This document shows positions 9,249-19,800 of a stretch of DNA of 64,000 bases, piece after piece (positions within the stretch are counted from its first letter, which is position 1; each line of letters opens with the position of its first letter). The stretch is from Cyanophyceae cyanobacterium (lineage in GTDB: Bacteria > Cyanobacteriota > Cyanobacteriia > Cyanobacteriales > Laspinemataceae). The translations under genes were made by a program, and so were the position numbers. The stretch covers positions 1 through 64,000 of the forward strand of contig JBBQFN010000021.1 in assembly GCA_038321985.1 (NCBI GenBank), in the 5' to 3' direction. The notes under the pieces are model-generated. The model was given only the letters and a program-made list of their open reading frames with translations, ran no database searches and was not told the DNA's origin.

Positions 9249-10547
9249 TTGGTTACAACTACCTTCAATACCACAAAATCCGAAGAAATTTTCGCAGCCG
9301 CCCAGAAACTGATGCCCGGAGGGGTCAGTTCTCCAGTGCGTGCATTCAAATCCGTGGGTGGACAACCCATCGTTTTTGATAGAGTCGAAGGCGCTTATGT
9401 TTGGGATGTAGACGGGAACGAATACATCGACTATGTGGGAACTTGGGGACCCGCCATCTGCGGACACGCTCACCCAGAAGTGATTGCTGCCCTCCACGAT
9501 GCCTTAAATAAAGGTACCAGTTTTGGTGCACCCTGTTACCAAGAGAACGTCCTCGCCGAAATGGTGATTGATGCCGTTCCCTCCATAGAAATGGTGAGAT
9601 TTGTTAACTCCGGAACCGAAGCCTGTATGGCGGTTTTGCGCCTGATGCGGGCCTTCACCGGACGGGAGAAATTAATTAAATTTGAAGGCTGCTATCATGG
9701 TCACGCTGATATGTTCCTGGTGAAAGCCGGTTCCGGCGTTGCCACCTTGGGACTACCTGACTCTCCCGGCGTTCCCAAATCTACCACGGCCAATACCCTC
9801 ACCGCACCCTACAACGACCTGGAAGCAGTCAAAACCTTATTTGAGCAAAATCCCGGTGAAATTGCTGGGGTAATTTTAGAACCCGTGGTTGGAAATGCGG
9901 GATTTATTCCCCCGGATGGCGGATTCTTGGAAGGATTGCGGGTGATTACCCAGGAACATGGCGCGTTACTGGTGTTTGATGAAGTCATGACAGGGTTCCG
10001 GATTGCTTATGGTGGCGCGCAGGAAAAATTTGGCGTCACTCCCGACTTAACTACCTTGGGAAAAGTGATTGGTGGTGGATTGCCTGTAGGGGCCTATGGT
10101 GGACGCCGAGATATCATGGAAATGGTGGCCCCTGCTGGTCCGATGTATCAGGCGGGAACCCTTTCGGGGAATCCGTTAGCCATGACTGCGGGGATTAAAA
10201 CCCTAGAATTGCTTAACAAATCGGGAACTTATGAGTATCTCGACCAGATTACCAAAAAGTTGAGCGAAGGATTGCTGAAAATTGCTAAAGAAACCGGAAA
10301 TGAAGCCTGTGGCGGTCAAATTAGCGCCATGTTTGGCTTATTTTTCAATCCCGGACCTGTACATAATTATGAAGATGCCAAGAAATCCGACTTGAGCAAA
10401 TTTGCCCGCTTCCATCGCGGAATGTTAGAACGGGGAGTCTATTTAGCGCCTTCTCAATTTGAGGCGGGATTTACCTCTTTCGCCCATACAGAGGCAGATA
10501 TCGATCGCACTTTAGCCAAGGCCCACGAAGTGATGTCTAGTCTATAG
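9249..10547 (+). CDS. hemL: Glutamate-1-semialdehyde 2,1-aminomutase
   Basis: [21 protein letters not shown] and PLP lysine in [14 protein letters not shown] start with GGAG RBS. Confidence 0.97.
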   Translation: MVTTTFNTTKSEEIFAAAQKLMPGGVSSPVRAFKSVGGQPIVFDRVEGAYVWDVDGNEYIDYVGTWGPAICGHAHPEVIAALHDALNKGTSFGAPCYQENVLAEMVIDAVPSIEMVRFVNSGTEACMAVLRLMRAFTGREKLIKFEGCYHGHADMFLVKAGSGVATLGLPDSPGVPKSTTANTLTAPYNDLEAVKTLFEQNPGEIAGVILEPVVGNAGFIPPDGGFLEGLRVITQEHGALLVFDEVMTGFRIAYGGAQEKFGVTPDLTTLGKVIGGGLPVGAYGGRRDIMEMVAPAGPMYQAGTLSGNPLAMTAGIKTLELLNKSGTYEYLDQITKKLSEGLLKIAKETGNEACGGQISAMFGLFFNPGPVHNYEDAKKSDLSKFARFHRGMLERGVYLAPSQFEAGFTSFAHTEADIDRTLAKAHEVMSSL

Positions 10548-10581
10548 ATAATCCCATCAAATCGAATTTTCTAGGCAATTT

Positions 10582-10635
10582 GAGAATGAAGAAATAGGGG
10601 AGGGTAAACTTCTTGGTTTTCTTCATTCTCTTTTT
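10582..10635 (+). terminator. Putative hemL terminator
   Basis: GAGAATGAAGAAA ... TTTCTTCATTCTC followed by a T run. Confidence 0.55.
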
Positions 10636-10720
10636 CTAAGGTGATTTCTATCAAATTTCAATTTTCAATCAATTTGAGGCTGCTAATTGACAAGTATCAG
10701 CCGGAATCCGCTGTTCAAAT

Positions 10721-10819
10721 GTCTATAAAACCCCACACCTTTGAGAAAATCGTTGTTTCTTGTAGGGGCGCATTGCGCCCCTACTATAAATACACTTGGC
10801 GCGGCTCGTTTTTATAGAC
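10721..10819. mobile_element. MITE-like element (99 bp) with an internal REP-like hairpin
   Basis: Terminal inverted repeats GTCTATAAAA / TTTTATAGAC; internal GTAGGGGCGCA-T-TGCGCCCCTAC. Confidence 0.6.
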
Positions 10820-10917
10820 CTTACAGTACCGTATTTCGTATCAGCCGGATGTCCGGCAGCCTGTTACGAATGGGGAGGTAAGTATATATAGGGTAAATCG
10901 CTAAAATCCAAGGTAGT

Positions 10918-11694
10918 ATGAAAATACTGGACAAATACTTTACCTTAACTCGGCAAATGTGGCGGCGATTTACAGAGTGGATCAATGGGATTTTGAGTTG
11001 GGTGGGGGGTTTATTTAAAAAACCGGAAATGATACCCCCTCCACCGGAGTTACCTCCGTTGAGTGATGCAGATTATGAACGGATTTTTTTACGATCGCTC
11101 GACTGGATGGCGGCAGGGGAGGTGGAACGAGTCTGGCAAGAGTTGGGCGATCGCACCCAAGATAAGTTTTTTAAGTCTTGGTTGCGCCGATTTGGTCAAA
11201 AGGTACTGGACTCTCCGGTTCCCAATCGTCAATTGGCCCAACGGATGGTGGCATTAAAAGCCATCAACTGTGGGGGAATTTGTGAGATTGCTGCTGAGTA
11301 TGGCGATCGCCAATTAAACCGAGATTTTCCCCCTTTAACTGAGTCGGAAACGGCGGTTTTGTTTGAGCAATTGTTACAAAAAGTGGGGCAAAATGAGTCG
11401 GCAGTGGTGCAGTTTTTGGAAGATGTGGAGAGTAGAATCACGGGCGATCGCTGGGTGACATGGTTACAGGAATATGGCGACGACTTACTGGCAAAAGCCA
11501 AGCCAAATTATCAGTTAGTGGCACCGTTACGCCTATTGAAACACCAAATTTACCACCGTCCAAAATTTACGGAATTGGGAAATCTGGCTGGGGCGATCGC
11601 CCAGCAATTGGAACAGAAAGAAGAACAAGAAGAAATCTGGGAATATGATGGACTTGATCGGAATTTAGGCGGGGAATCCTCAAGGGAGAAGTAA
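10918..11694 (+). CDS. Hypothetical protein with two tandem helical repeats
   Basis: Repeat pattern PPL(S/T)...F...L...WL..(F/Y)G..(V/L)L....PN.QL occurs twice. Confidence 0.7.
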   Translation: MKILDKYFTLTRQMWRRFTEWINGILSWVGGLFKKPEMIPPPPELPPLSDADYERIFLRSLDWMAAGEVERVWQELGDRTQDKFFKSWLRRFGQKVLDSPVPNRQLAQRMVALKAINCGGICEIAAEYGDRQLNRDFPPLTESETAVLFEQLLQKVGQNESAVVQFLEDVESRITGDRWVTWLQEYGDDLLAKAKPNYQLVAPLRLLKHQIYHRPKFTELGNLAGAIAQQLEQKEEQEEIWEYDGLDRNLGGESSREK

Positions 11695-11776
11695 GTTTTG
11701 AAAGGGGAAGTAAATTAGACTATAAACGGAGTTTTTCAAGATAATTTAAACTGATTTTGAGGAGAATTTTGAAGTT

Positions 11777-12937
11777 TTAAGCATCTTCTATTAAGGGTAA
11801 ATAAGGGACGGGTAGAGTAAAGAAAAACGTGGTCCCCTGATCAAGTTGAGAATCGACCCAGATAGATCCCCCATGTCCTTCTACAATTTTTTTACACAGA
11901 CTCATCCCGATTCCGGTTCCGGAATATTTATTATAAGCATGAATGCGTTTAAAAATCTCAAAAATGAGGGGATAATCCTCTGTGGCGATGCCAATGCCAT
12001 TATCCTGGATGCTAAAGGTAGCTAAATTCCCCTCCGTGGGAGTGACAGAAATTTTAATTTCAGGAGTGATTTGGGGACGGCGAAACTTAATCGCATTACT
12101 CAGAATATTTTGAAAAAGCTGGATCAGTTGGCTGCGATCGCCCAGGACGATGGGGAGAGAATCATGGGTGATACAAGCGCCACTGTGATTAGTGTCGTCT
12201 TGTAAATTAGCTAAGGCTTCTTGGAGGATTACTTCGCAATGCAGAGGTTCAAATTTAGCGTTACCGACTCTGACCCGAGAATAAGATAATAAATCTTGAA
12301 TCAGTTGATTCATCCGCTGACTAGCTTTCGCAATCTCACTTAAATAATGTTCGCCCTTTTCATCCAAAAATGAATCGTATTTCCAGAGTAATATATCCGC
12401 ATACCCCATAATAAGCTGTAATGGGGATTGTAAATCGTGGGAAGCGACACAAGCAAATTGCTCTAATTCAGAGTTAGACCTTTTTAATTCTTCATTCAGG
12501 ATTTCTAACTCTTTATTTTTTTGAATGAGTTGACGTTTCAATCCCTCTAAGGTGAGTTGTTTGTGAATTCGCGCCAGAACTTCTTCAGTTTGAAAAGGCT
12601 TTGTAATATAGTCTGCTCCCCCAGAACTAAACGCTTTTACTTTGGCACTGCTGTCATCAATAGCGCTTAAAAAAATGACCGGAATTTGACAGGTTTTTGA
12701 ATCAAGCTGTAACTTTTCGCAGACTTCATACCCGCTCAAATCCGGCATCATGATATCTAAGAGAATCAAATCGGGTACAACCTTTTTGCAGGTTGATAAG
12801 GCCATTTCTCCGTTTAAGGCTTTGCGGACCTGATACCCTTTTTTCACGAGCATTGAGGATAAAACCCGTAAGTTATCGGGATGGTCGTCAACGATTAAAA
12901 TAACCGGCTTATTAAACTCTTCTAAGGACTGATTCAT
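11777..12937 (-). CDS. REC-histidine kinase
   Basis: N-terminal REC (VDD, LLD, KPF); H-box ASHDLQSPL; NAIKF, DNGIG and GTGIG; 4-bp overlap with the upstream gene. Confidence 0.92.
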   Translation of the reverse strand: MNQSLEEFNKPVILIVDDHPDNLRVLSSMLVKKGYQVRKALNGEMALSTCKKVVPDLILLDIMMPDLSGYEVCEKLQLDSKTCQIPVIFLSAIDDSSAKVKAFSSGGADYITKPFQTEEVLARIHKQLTLEGLKRQLIQKNKELEILNEELKRSNSELEQFACVASHDLQSPLQLIMGYADILLWKYDSFLDEKGEHYLSEIAKASQRMNQLIQDLLSYSRVRVGNAKFEPLHCEVILQEALANLQDDTNHSGACITHDSLPIVLGDRSQLIQLFQNILSNAIKFRRPQITPEIKISVTPTEGNLATFSIQDNGIGIATEDYPLIFEIFKRIHAYNKYSGTGIGMSLCKKIVEGHGGSIWVDSQLDQGTTFFFTLPVPYLPLIEDA

Positions 12938-15900
12938 AGATCCTCCGAATAGGTTAGATGCATAATCTGATGAAATTGAAAGTTATCGGATAATTTTGTC
13001 AAAGCTCGCCCTAGGGGTTCAAATTCGGGAGGGATTTCGGCGATTAAGTCCAAAATCATGTCATCGCTACATTGGGCGGCAGCATCATAGATTTGGGCCA
13101 ACCATTTAGGGGGCATTTGTTCTAAATAAAATAGGAGTTGATTTTGCCCAATTTCCTCGGTTTCGGCCTCTTGTTTTGGCCTTTCTAAGGGAGCAATTTC
13201 CGTTGAATAAATATAGTTAATATTTAAATGGTAACCGATTTTTTCTAAGAGTTCATTTTTTTCTAAAGGTTTGCGAATAAAGTCATCGAATCCCGCAGCA
13301 AATACCGCAGAACGGTCTTCTTCAAAAACGCTAGCAGTCAGGGCCAAAATTGCAGGTTTCTGATTTTCGGAAGTGGCTTTAATTTGTCGAATTGCTTCAT
13401 ATCCATCCATGATGGGCATTCGGAGATCCATTAAAATTAAATCGGGCTGCCACTGTAACCATTTGGCGATCGCTTGTTGCCCATTTTCAGCTTCTAGCAC
13501 TTCAAATCCCAGGCGACTCAGGAGCTTGACGAGCAATAATCGGCTTTCTAAAATATCGTCAACAACGAGTATATTCCGAGTAGGTTGTTCCGGAGCTAAC
13601 CCCAGAATAGATCCTTTGTATTGAATCAGGGGGACTTCGCTGGGATGAACGGGTTCTACTTGAACCTCAAAGATAAAATTGCTGCCCACACCAACGACGC
13701 TGCTCACTTGAATATCACCGCCCATCATTTGCACAAATTGACGACTAATGGGTAAACCTAATCCCGTTCCTTGGCCGGATTTACGCCCCGTTTCGCTTTG
13801 ACCAAAACTTTCAAAAATTAGGTCCATGTCTTCGGCGGGAATTCCAGGTCCAGTATCTTCGACTTCAAATTGGAGAAAGTAGGGAATACCCTCTTGATTG
13901 GCTTTTTCCAGTTCTCCCATTTCAGACTGGACGCGCAGGGTAATCGAACCCGTTTCGGTAAATTTAATGGCGTTTCCTAAAATGTTGATTAAAACTTGCC
14001 GAAGTTTGGCTTGATCTCCACGGATATAAAGGGAAACCCCGGGGGCAATTTCCATAAGGAGAAGCAATTTTTTTTGTTGGGCTTTAAACCGCAACATATC
14101 TTCTAATTCTCGCAGCATCTGCCCCAAATTAAAGGCTTCTATTTTTAAGGTGGTTCTCCCAGCTTCTATTTTAGACATTTCTAAAATGTCATTAATTAGT
14201 TCTAGTAAGTGAGAACCGGCGCGATTGATAATTTCAATTTGTTGATGCTGTTCAGGTTGGAGGGAGTCATCACCGGCCATCACCTGGGTGAAGCCGAGGA
14301 TAGCATTAAGGGGGGTTCTCAGTTCGTGGCTCATGTTAGCCAAAAATTCGCTTTTAGCGTGGTTCGCCATTTGTGCGGCGATCGCCGCTTGTTTGAGTGC
14401 CTCTTCAGCTTGTTTGCGATCGGTGATGTCGCTGCCGATGCCTAAAAAGCCGGTAATCTGGCCGATCGCATCTTGTAAGGCCGTGACTGAAAGCCACACA
14501 GGGAAGCGAGAACCATCCTTACGCAGGTAGGTCCATTCCCCCAGATCCGGGATCCCCTGACGGGCTTTAGCAACGATCGCATCAAATCCTGGGTTGATGA
14601 GATACCCAAGTTCCGCACTTAAGGTATCTGCCCGGTCCTGAAGTTCCTCCCAAGTATGAAAACGGATTAACTTCGCCTGCGTCGTCACCTCCTGCGCCTC
14701 ATATCCCAGCAATCGTTCGGCGGCGGCGTTGAAGGTGAGAATAATACCTTGGGGGTCTGTGGCAATAATTGTATGTTCGGCACTGTTGAGAATGGCTTGT
14801 TGTAGCCGGTTGGTTTCGATGAGTTTTTCTTGGGTTTGTTTAAGTTGGGTAATGTTGCTAGCGGTGCCGGTAATCCCAGTCACAAAACCCGATTCATCCC
14901 GCAGGGGAATCGCATTAAGTATCATATAAACTGGAGTTTTGTCTTTGGTAATATGGGTAGTTTCGTATTGGGAAATATTCTTTTTTTTAATTAAAATATT
15001 CCGAAAAAATTCCAAATCTTTACTCCAATAATTTGGGTGAATTAAATCAGTAAATAATCTGCCAATAGCCTCGGTTGGGGTATATCCATAAATGTCTTGA
15101 ACCGCCGCATTGACAAAGGTAATCCGTCCTTGAGTATCGATAGTCCAAATTAAATCTTGGGAGGTTTCGACCAGGTTACGATACTTACTTTCACTGGCTT
15201 TTAGGGCGGTTCCAGTGAGAATTCGGGCGTTAATTTCTTGTTGAAGTTGCTGGTTTTGGTGGTTAAGTTTGGCGCGGGCTTCTTTTTCCCGCTTCAGAAA
15301 ATTGGCTTGGGCGATCGCAATCCCCACTTGAGCTGCAATGCTTTCAATAAGTGCGATTTCCCCCGGACTCCATCGCCGGTGGTGATCGCACTGGTGGAGG
15401 ACTACTGCGCCATTTGCTTGTCCTTTATACGAGGTTCGTACCAACAGGATAGATTTTACCTGAAACTGTTGGTATAGGGGCAAAACTGGTTGAAATGAGG
15501 CTTCAGTTTCCAGGTCATCGATGGCAACTGGGCGATCGCTTTCTAAAAATTTTTGGGCGTAGGGGGTTTCATCAATGGGGGATTCCAAATTCCTCTCCCA
15601 TTCCCACCCCTCGGCAAGGGCAGAAGCTGCAATTTTTAACTGGGGGATCCGGTCTTCTAGGTAAGTATGGATAATGGTGCGACTGACTCCCAGGGCATCT
15701 TTTATTTCTTGGGCGGCAGTATCTAGCAGTCTATCTAACTCTAATTCCGAGCGGATTTTTTCGGTAATTCCTCTTAATAATTCACTGCGAACTAATTGTT
15801 GTTGTAATTGAAGTTTGACTTGTTTACGAGTGGTAATATCTAAAACTGTGCCAAATAGTTGAAGGGGTTTTCCTTCGGGGGTGAGAATGACTTCTCCTTT

Positions 15901-16680
15901 GGCCTCTATATAGCGAATTTCCCCATCCGAGCGCTGGATTCGACACTCAATTTGATACGAATCTCCCGATACCATTGCCTGCTTTAAGGTTTTGGAAACT
16001 TGGCTGCGTTCATCGGGATGAATGCTCCGTAAGGCTTGAACATAGCTAAGTTTGATTTCAGGGCTAATTCCCAAAAGTCTATACAGTTCATCAGATAATA
16101 CTAACTGTCGGCTCAACCAGTTCAATTCCCAATTACCCACCCCGGCGACTCGCTGGGCTGTTGCTAAAGAGTTTTGGCTTTTTTGTAATGAGGTAATTAA
16201 TCTATTTTTTTCCCGTTCGACGGCATTCCGTTTTTGAATTTCCCAGCCGAGTTGAAAGTTTCGCTCTCTTAATTCCCGTTCTAGTTTTCGGAGTTTTAGT
16301 TGATGGTCAATGCGGGCTAAAACTTCTGCTTCTTGAAATGGTTTTGTAATATAATCCGACCCGCCCACGGCGAATCCTCTTACCTTATCAAAGGTTTCAT
16401 ATAAAGCGCTGATAAAAATAATGGGAATATGGCGGGTTTCCTCTTGGGATTTGAGCTTTTTACAAACCTCATACCCATTCAGGTCGGGCATCATAATATC
16501 AAGTAAAATCACGTCGGGAATGTTGACATCTACGGCCTGAAGGGCTAAGACTCCATTGGGTGCGGCGCGGACTTTATACCCATGACCCGATAGCAAATCC
16601 ACTAACAATTTTAAGTTAGGAACGGTGTCATCCACAACCAAAACCTCGCCTTTATAAGCTCGCTCACCCTCTGTTTTCAT
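12934..16680 (-). CDS. Hybrid histidine kinase REC-PAS-GAF-PAS-PAS-HisKA-HATPase-REC plus helical tail
   Basis: MSHELRTPL, NAIKF and GTGLG motifs; PAS ends DIT.RK; two REC domains. Confidence 0.93.
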   Translation of the reverse strand: MKTEGERAYKGEVLVVDDTVPNLKLLVDLLSGHGYKVRAAPNGVLALQAVDVNIPDVILLDIMMPDLNGYEVCKKLKSQEETRHIPIIFISALYETFDKVRGFAVGGSDYITKPFQEAEVLARIDHQLKLRKLERELRERNFQLGWEIQKRNAVEREKNRLITSLQKSQNSLATAQRVAGVGNWELNWLSRQLVLSDELYRLLGISPEIKLSYVQALRSIHPDERSQVSKTLKQAMVSGDSYQIECRIQRSDGEIRYIEAKGEVILTPEGKPLQLFGTVLDITTRKQVKLQLQQQLVRSELLRGITEKIRSELELDRLLDTAAQEIKDALGVSRTIIHTYLEDRIPQLKIAASALAEGWEWERNLESPIDETPYAQKFLESDRPVAIDDLETEASFQPVLPLYQQFQVKSILLVRTSYKGQANGAVVLHQCDHHRRWSPGEIALIESIAAQVGIAIAQANFLKREKEARAKLNHQNQQLQQEINARILTGTALKASESKYRNLVETSQDLIWTIDTQGRITFVNAAVQDIYGYTPTEAIGRLFTDLIHPNYWSKDLEFFRNILIKKKNISQYETTHITKDKTPVYMILNAIPLRDESGFVTGITGTASNITQLKQTQEKLIETNRLQQAILNSAEHTIIATDPQGIILTFNAAAERLLGYEAQEVTTQAKLIRFHTWEELQDRADTLSAELGYLINPGFDAIVAKARQGIPDLGEWTYLRKDGSRFPVWLSVTALQDAIGQITGFLGIGSDITDRKQAEEALKQAAIAAQMANHAKSEFLANMSHELRTPLNAILGFTQVMAGDDSLQPEQHQQIEIINRAGSHLLELINDILEMSKIEAGRTTLKIEAFNLGQMLRELEDMLRFKAQQKKLLLLMEIAPGVSLYIRGDQAKLRQVLINILGNAIKFTETGSITLRVQSEMGELEKANQEGIPYFLQFEVEDTGPGIPAEDMDLIFESFGQSETGRKSGQGTGLGLPISRQFVQMMGGDIQVSSVVGVGSNFIFEVQVEPVHPSEVPLIQYKGSILGLAPEQPTRNILVVDDILESRLLLVKLLSRLGFEVLEAENGQQAIAKWLQWQPDLILMDLRMPIMDGYEAIRQIKATSENQKPAILALTASVFEEDRSAVFAAGFDDFIRKPLEKNELLEKIGYHLNINYIYSTEIAPLERPKQEAETEEIGQNQLLFYLEQMPPKWLAQIYDAAAQCSDDMILDLIAEIPPEFEPLGRALTKLSDNFQFHQIMHLTYSEDL

Positions 16681-16801
16681 GAATTAATGCCTCACCAATT
16701 CAATAAAGGTTAAAATGTGTTTAAATTCGCTATTTGGGATGGATTTTGTTAGGGAGTCAGGGAGAGAGTTAGGGCGATCGCCGATGTGATCTATCGACTC
16801 T

Positions 16802-16848
16802 ATTCTGTATTGTAGCGCCCAAGATAAAGGGGTGCTACAATACAGAAT
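16802..16848. terminator. Intercistronic hairpin
   Basis: ATTCTGTATTGTAGC ... GCTACAATACAGAAT (15-bp arms). Confidence 0.6.
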
Positions 16849-16892
16849 TTCCGACTATGGCTCCCAACTTAAAAATACCGCTCCCTCCCGGT

Positions 16893-19800
16893 TTAAGGTG
16901 AACTTAGGACCGATTCCAATAGGGTTAAGATTCGCTCAAACTCAAACGCTGTAGTCCATTTCAGTAGAGCATTGGCAAAAGACTCATGGCGATCGCGGAT
17001 ATCATCCAACAGGGTTATCATTAAATCTATATCACAGGATTTGGTCGCAAGGTCGAAGGTCCGTAACCACTCCCGGGGAATGTCAGCCCAATCGCTTTCA
17101 GTTAAGGGGACTGGGGGGAGGACCAAGGTTTGAAGGGGACTGGGGGAAGGGTCTTCATACACAAAGCGCACCCCTAAATGTTGAGTGAGACATTCAAACA
17201 GTTCGGTATCGCGACAAGGTTTGTGGATAAATCCATCAAATTCAGGCAAAAGTTCGACTGCTTTTTCATCCTCAGAATAGCTAGCCGTTAAGGCCACGAT
17301 CGCAGTGGCTTGCCCTTTTATAGAACCTTTAATTTGTTGAGTCGCCTCATAGCCATCCATTACCGGCATTCTTAAATCCATAAAAATTAAATGAGGTTCC
17401 CATTCCTCCCAAATCGTAACCGTTTCTTGACCATTACTACTCTCTTTAAGTTCAAATCCCAGGGGAGTCAGATATTTAATCACCAAAATGCGATTATCCC
17501 GGCGATCGTCGGCGACTAAAATCCGATATTGAGGTTGATTCTCTTCTAGGGCGACTGCGCGACGTTGCGAGACAGGCGGTTTAAACTCCTCCCCCTGTGC
17601 GATGGTGACTGGAATCTCAAAGGTAAAGGTACTCCCTTGCCCTACCTGCGATCGCACCTGAATTTGTCCACCCATCAACTCGACGAACTTGCGGGAAATC
17701 GACAATCCCAATCCGGTTCCCTCTCGGGCTTCTAGTCCGGTAGAGGTTTGAACGAAGGCTTGAAACAGATGCTCTAACTCGCCCAGGGCGATTCCGGGTC
17801 CTGTATCCGTCACTTCACAACGGAGGGTCAGAGGTTGAGCCTCCAGATTCCCGGCATGAGGTAAACTGGATGGCAATTCTGGGTTAATCAACTGCACCGA
17901 GACCCAGACTTTCCCGCCCTTGGTAAACTTAATGGCATTCCCAATCAGGTTAATTAGCACTTGCCGCAATTTAATTTCATCGGCGTGCAGGTGATCAAGA
18001 AAGGCTGGCAACTGCTCAATCCGGAAATCTAATCCTTTGTGATTAGCCTTGAGGCTAAACATGGATTGTACATCAGCCAGGAGGTTAGAAAGGTTAAAAT
18101 TTGTTTCTGAGAGCGTAGTCCGTCCCGCCTCAATTTTTGCCAGGTCCAAAACATCATTAATTAAGGTGAGCAGATGTTCCCCGCTGCGCTGAATAATCGA
18201 AATATTTTCTTCAACATCCTCAGATAAAGAGGGATTTGAGATCAGCAACTGAGCAAACCCGAGAATAGCATTCAAGGGCGATCGCAATTCATGACTCATA
18301 TTCGCCAAGAAAGCACTTTTGGCTTGATTAGCCGCATCAGCAGCTTCTCGGGCTTTTTCCACCTGTTCGTAAAGTTCTGCTTGGTTGAGGGCGACTGCCA
18401 GTTGATTGGCAATCGCCCGAAGCAATTCCATCTCGGCACTGTCCCAGGGCGATTCACTTAAATTTCGCGCCAAACATAAAGCTCCCCAGACCCCGGTACC
18501 CATCTGCAAGGGTAAAATCAGCCAGTGACCTGCAAAGCTGCCTATAAACTCCACTCGGGGATCTTCAGGATCCGGTTCCCACCCCGATAAGGCAACGGGT
18601 TCTAAGCGTTTAAGGGTCTCGGTCAGAGGGTTCCCGGCATCGGGGATATCCAAGTCCAGGGTACTGGGGAGGCTATCAAAGGGACGATATTCTGCCACAT
18701 TCCGCCACAACTCCTCCTTCGGGAAATATTGAATAATTTTAGCCACATCCGCCCCTAGGAGTCGTCCGCTTTCATGGGCGGCACTAAATGAGATTGTGGT
18801 CAACTCCAAAGAATTGCGAATACTTTGTACAAATTGGCTCAATACCTGCTCTCGTTGCATCTGCGATCGCAGGATTTGTTCCGCCTGCTTCTGGAGCGTT
18901 ACATCCTGAATTTGGGCGATAAAATGCAACGGTTCCCAGTCCGAGGTACGAACCAAAGAACCTGTCAGCAGTCCCCAAACATAATGCCCCTGCTTATGAA
19001 TGTAGCGTTTTTCTAATTGATAGGAACCCAGTTCCCCGCGCAGCAGTTGGGTGACATAGTTCAGGTCTATTTCTAAATCCTCGGGATGGGTGAGGGTTTG
19101 AAAGTCCAGGGTTAACAGTTCTGCCTCAGAATAGCCTAGAATTTTGCAGACTGCCCGGTTAACTTTCAGCCATCGGCCATCCAGTCCCACGATCGCCATG
19201 CCAATCCCTGCATAGTCAAAGGCAGTGCGGAATCGTTCTTCACTTTCACTTAGGGCTAGTACCGTGCGTTTGCGTTCGGTAATATCTAGGAGGGTTCCTC
19301 GCAGGCGGATTACTTTCCCAGTTTCGTCTTGAACCGCTTCCCCTCGCGCTTCTAAGTATCGGCAAATGCGATCGCCCTCTATAATTCGCAGGTCGATTTT
19401 ATAGGAAGTTCCCTCGGCAGTCGCCCGGTCCAGACAAGCTTGTAATTGAACTCGATCCTCGGGATGAATAGCATGGAAATAGTCCCGATCCGCAGATTCC
19501 GGGGAGGCCGGATCCAACCCAAACATTTGGAACCATTCCTCCGATCCCGTTAGTTTTCCTAGAGTCAGGTCCAGTTCCCAACTCCCAATATGAGCGATCC
19601 GTTGAGCTTCTCGCAATGCCGCCTCACTCTGGCGGAGTTTGGCTTCGATTTGTTGGCGATCGGTAATATCGTGGACAGTGCCAATCCATTTGCTCAGTTG
19701 TCCTTGCGGATCAAAAACGGGTTCGCCGCGCACTTCAATCTCCCGAATTTCCCCACTCGGGCGCACAATTTGCCGGTCTAGTTCCCAGGGTTCACCGGCC

